IMG/VR virus record: IMGVR_UViG_3300045988_005407
Location: 1 to 5,002 of that record
Origin: a virus
DNA: 5,002 nt
Reading direction: 5' to 3' (one strand)
This document shows positions 4,429-5,002 of this stretch, one piece after another. The notes beneath the pieces were generated by a model, which had not been told where the DNA came from, did no database searches, and worked only from the letters and a program-made list of their open reading frames with translations. The translations under genes were made by a program, and so were the position numbers. Each line of letters opens with the position of its first letter. The stretch's first letter is position 1.

Positions 4429-4878
4429 ATGAAGTTCAAAATTAATCACACAAACGCTACTGCCGAAGGCATTGTCTTTACTGAACCGTCGATGACGCAA
4501 CAGCATTTTAAAGATGAAACGATGATTGATAACATCCTTCAGAAATATGCTGAGACTGGCTTTTTGACTGATCCTTTTTCGCCAAAGCGCCCGATTCAGT
4601 TCGGTGACTTTTCTGACGTCACAGATTTTCAGACTGCTCAGAATTCTGTTGCTCGTGCCACAGAGTACTTTGAAAGTTTGCCATCGCACATTCGCGCTTC
4701 TTTTAGTAACTCTCCCGCCGAATTTCTTCAGGCGCTTAATGACCCTGAGCAGAGGAGTAAGCTTGAGGAGCTTGGTTTTGTTGCTCCTGAGGAGACTAAG
4801 ATTCCTGAGCCTTCTAAAGAACCTCAGTCCGCTCCGGCGACCGAGGTTAAACCGTCTGCTTCTGACAACAACGGGTAA
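4429..4878 (+). CDS. VP3: Internal scaffolding protein VP3
   Basis: The 149-aa product starts at ATG 4429, with GGAG (4420..4423) 5 nt upstream. Motifs SMTQQHFKDETMIDNILQKYAETG, QFGDFSDV, and FESLPSHIRASFSNSPAEFLQAL match the gokushovirus VP3 pattern as I recall it. The track's TTG start at 4393 lies inside the terminator hairpin and has no SD, so I prefer the ATG. Confidence 0.88.
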   Translation: MKFKINHTNATAEGIVFTEPSMTQQHFKDETMIDNILQKYAETGFLTDPFSPKRPIQFGDFSDVTDFQTAQNSVARATEYFESLPSHIRASFSNSPAEFLQALNDPEQRSKLEELGFVAPEETKIPEPSKEPQSAPATEVKPSASDNNG

Positions 4879-4896
4879 TTACTAATAACTTGTATA

Positions 4897-4915
4897 AGGG
4901 ATGTTTTCCATCCCT
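4897..4915 (+). other. Hairpin downstream of VP3
   Basis: agggatg (4897..4903) pairs with catccct (4909..4915) around a ttttc loop. No T-tract follows directly. Confidence 0.4.
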
Positions 4916-4928
4916 CTAAATTTTCTTT

Positions 4929-4955
4929 GACCGCCCACTTGTGGCGGTCTTTTTT
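4929..4955 (+). terminator. Intrinsic terminator after VP3, at the end of the gene block
   Basis: gaccgcc (4929..4935) pairs with ggcggtc (4943..4949), a 7-bp GC-rich stem with a 7-nt loop. TTTTTT follows at 4950..4955, and this tail is duplicated as positions 3..8. Confidence 0.65.
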
Positions 4956-5002
4956 ATAGATATCTCAACGATTTGCGCACGGGGAGGTCCGGAACCAGTT
5001 AC
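4948..5002. repeat. Terminal redundancy, copy 2 (circular-genome linearisation overlap)
   Basis: This is an exact 55-nt copy of 1..55. It stops at the window edge inside the 5' arm of the large hairpin, so it looks like an assembly or window overlap rather than a biological repeat. Confidence 0.97.

Larger units (their letters stand above)
1..4947 (+). mobile_element. One complete unit of a circular ssDNA Microviridae (Gokushovirinae-like) phage genome
   Basis: Positions 1..55 repeat exactly at 4948..5002, giving a 4,947-nt period. The full gokushovirus gene set (VP1, VP2, VP8-like, VP4, VP5, VP3) is on one strand. The coding strand is T-rich, and genes are compact with ATGA-type overlaps. 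Confidence 0.9.

Noticed and set aside
272-4689. All seven minus-strand ORFs in the track (272..754, 809..991, 1142..1372, 1376..1849, 3719..3985, 4054..4371, 4414..4689).
   Set aside because: Each lies entirely antisense to a well-supported + strand gene. Their compositions are rich in I, K, N, R, S and T, which is what antisense reading of NNT-biased codons (ANN) produces. Microviridae are known to encode all genes on one strand. I saw no SD or promoter context for any of them.
4604-4885. + strand 93-aa Leu/Arg-rich ORF (GTG start) inside VP3.
   Set aside because: It is a +1-frame shadow of VP3. The low-complexity L/R composition is typical of off-frame reading. It has no SD.
1-5002. GATC avoidance of the kind phiX174 shows, as a clue to a Dam-positive enterobacterial host. 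I also looked for tRNA genes, CRISPR repeats and an integrase.
   Set aside because: I counted about 16 GATC sites by eye, which is close to random expectation, so there is no avoidance signal. I saw no cloverleaf-like tRNA, no spaced direct-repeat array and no integrase-sized ORF. The host remains unassigned, although consistent SD use (AAGGAG, GAGG, GGAG) argues against a Bacteroidetes-type host that does not rely on SD pairing.

Overview
The window is one complete circular ssDNA phage genome of the Microviridae, Gokushovirinae type. It was linearised with a 55-nt terminal redundancy: positions 1..55 are identical to 4948..5002, so the genome unit is 4,947 nt. All credible genes are on the + strand in the enterobacterial-type gokushovirus order: VP1 major capsid, VP2 pilot/minor capsid, a 40-aa Arg/Lys-rich DNA-binding protein (VP8/J-like), VP4 HUH replication initiator, VP5, and VP3 internal scaffold. 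Protein calls rest on family motifs I recognise by eye; I ran no database search. Real genes have a strong T bias at codon position 3, about 50-67% in the stretches I counted by hand. That bias also explains every long alternative-frame and antisense ORF in the supplied track as a shadow ORF. Four things fall outside the canonical gene set. (1) A 337-nt intergenic region wraps the junction (4879..4947 plus 1..268). It carries a 14-bp perfect hairpin whose loop contains ACTTGAT, the heptamer around the phiX174 gpA nick site, so it is a candidate plus-strand origin. (2) A 20-aa hydrophobic mini-ORF with the best Shine-Dalgarno in the genome sits between VP1 and VP2. (3) A 76-aa orphan ORF with gene-like codon bias overlaps the SD-less start of VP4. 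(4) Several structured elements are present: intrinsic-terminator-like hairpins, twin GCGGCCGC palindromes bracketing the VP5 stop, and a weaker 32-aa amphipathic peptide frame. I saw no recognisable lysis gene, integrase, tRNA or CRISPR array. Overall this is a fairly ordinary gokushovirus, and the novelty candidates are the small accessory ORFs and the origin-like hairpin.
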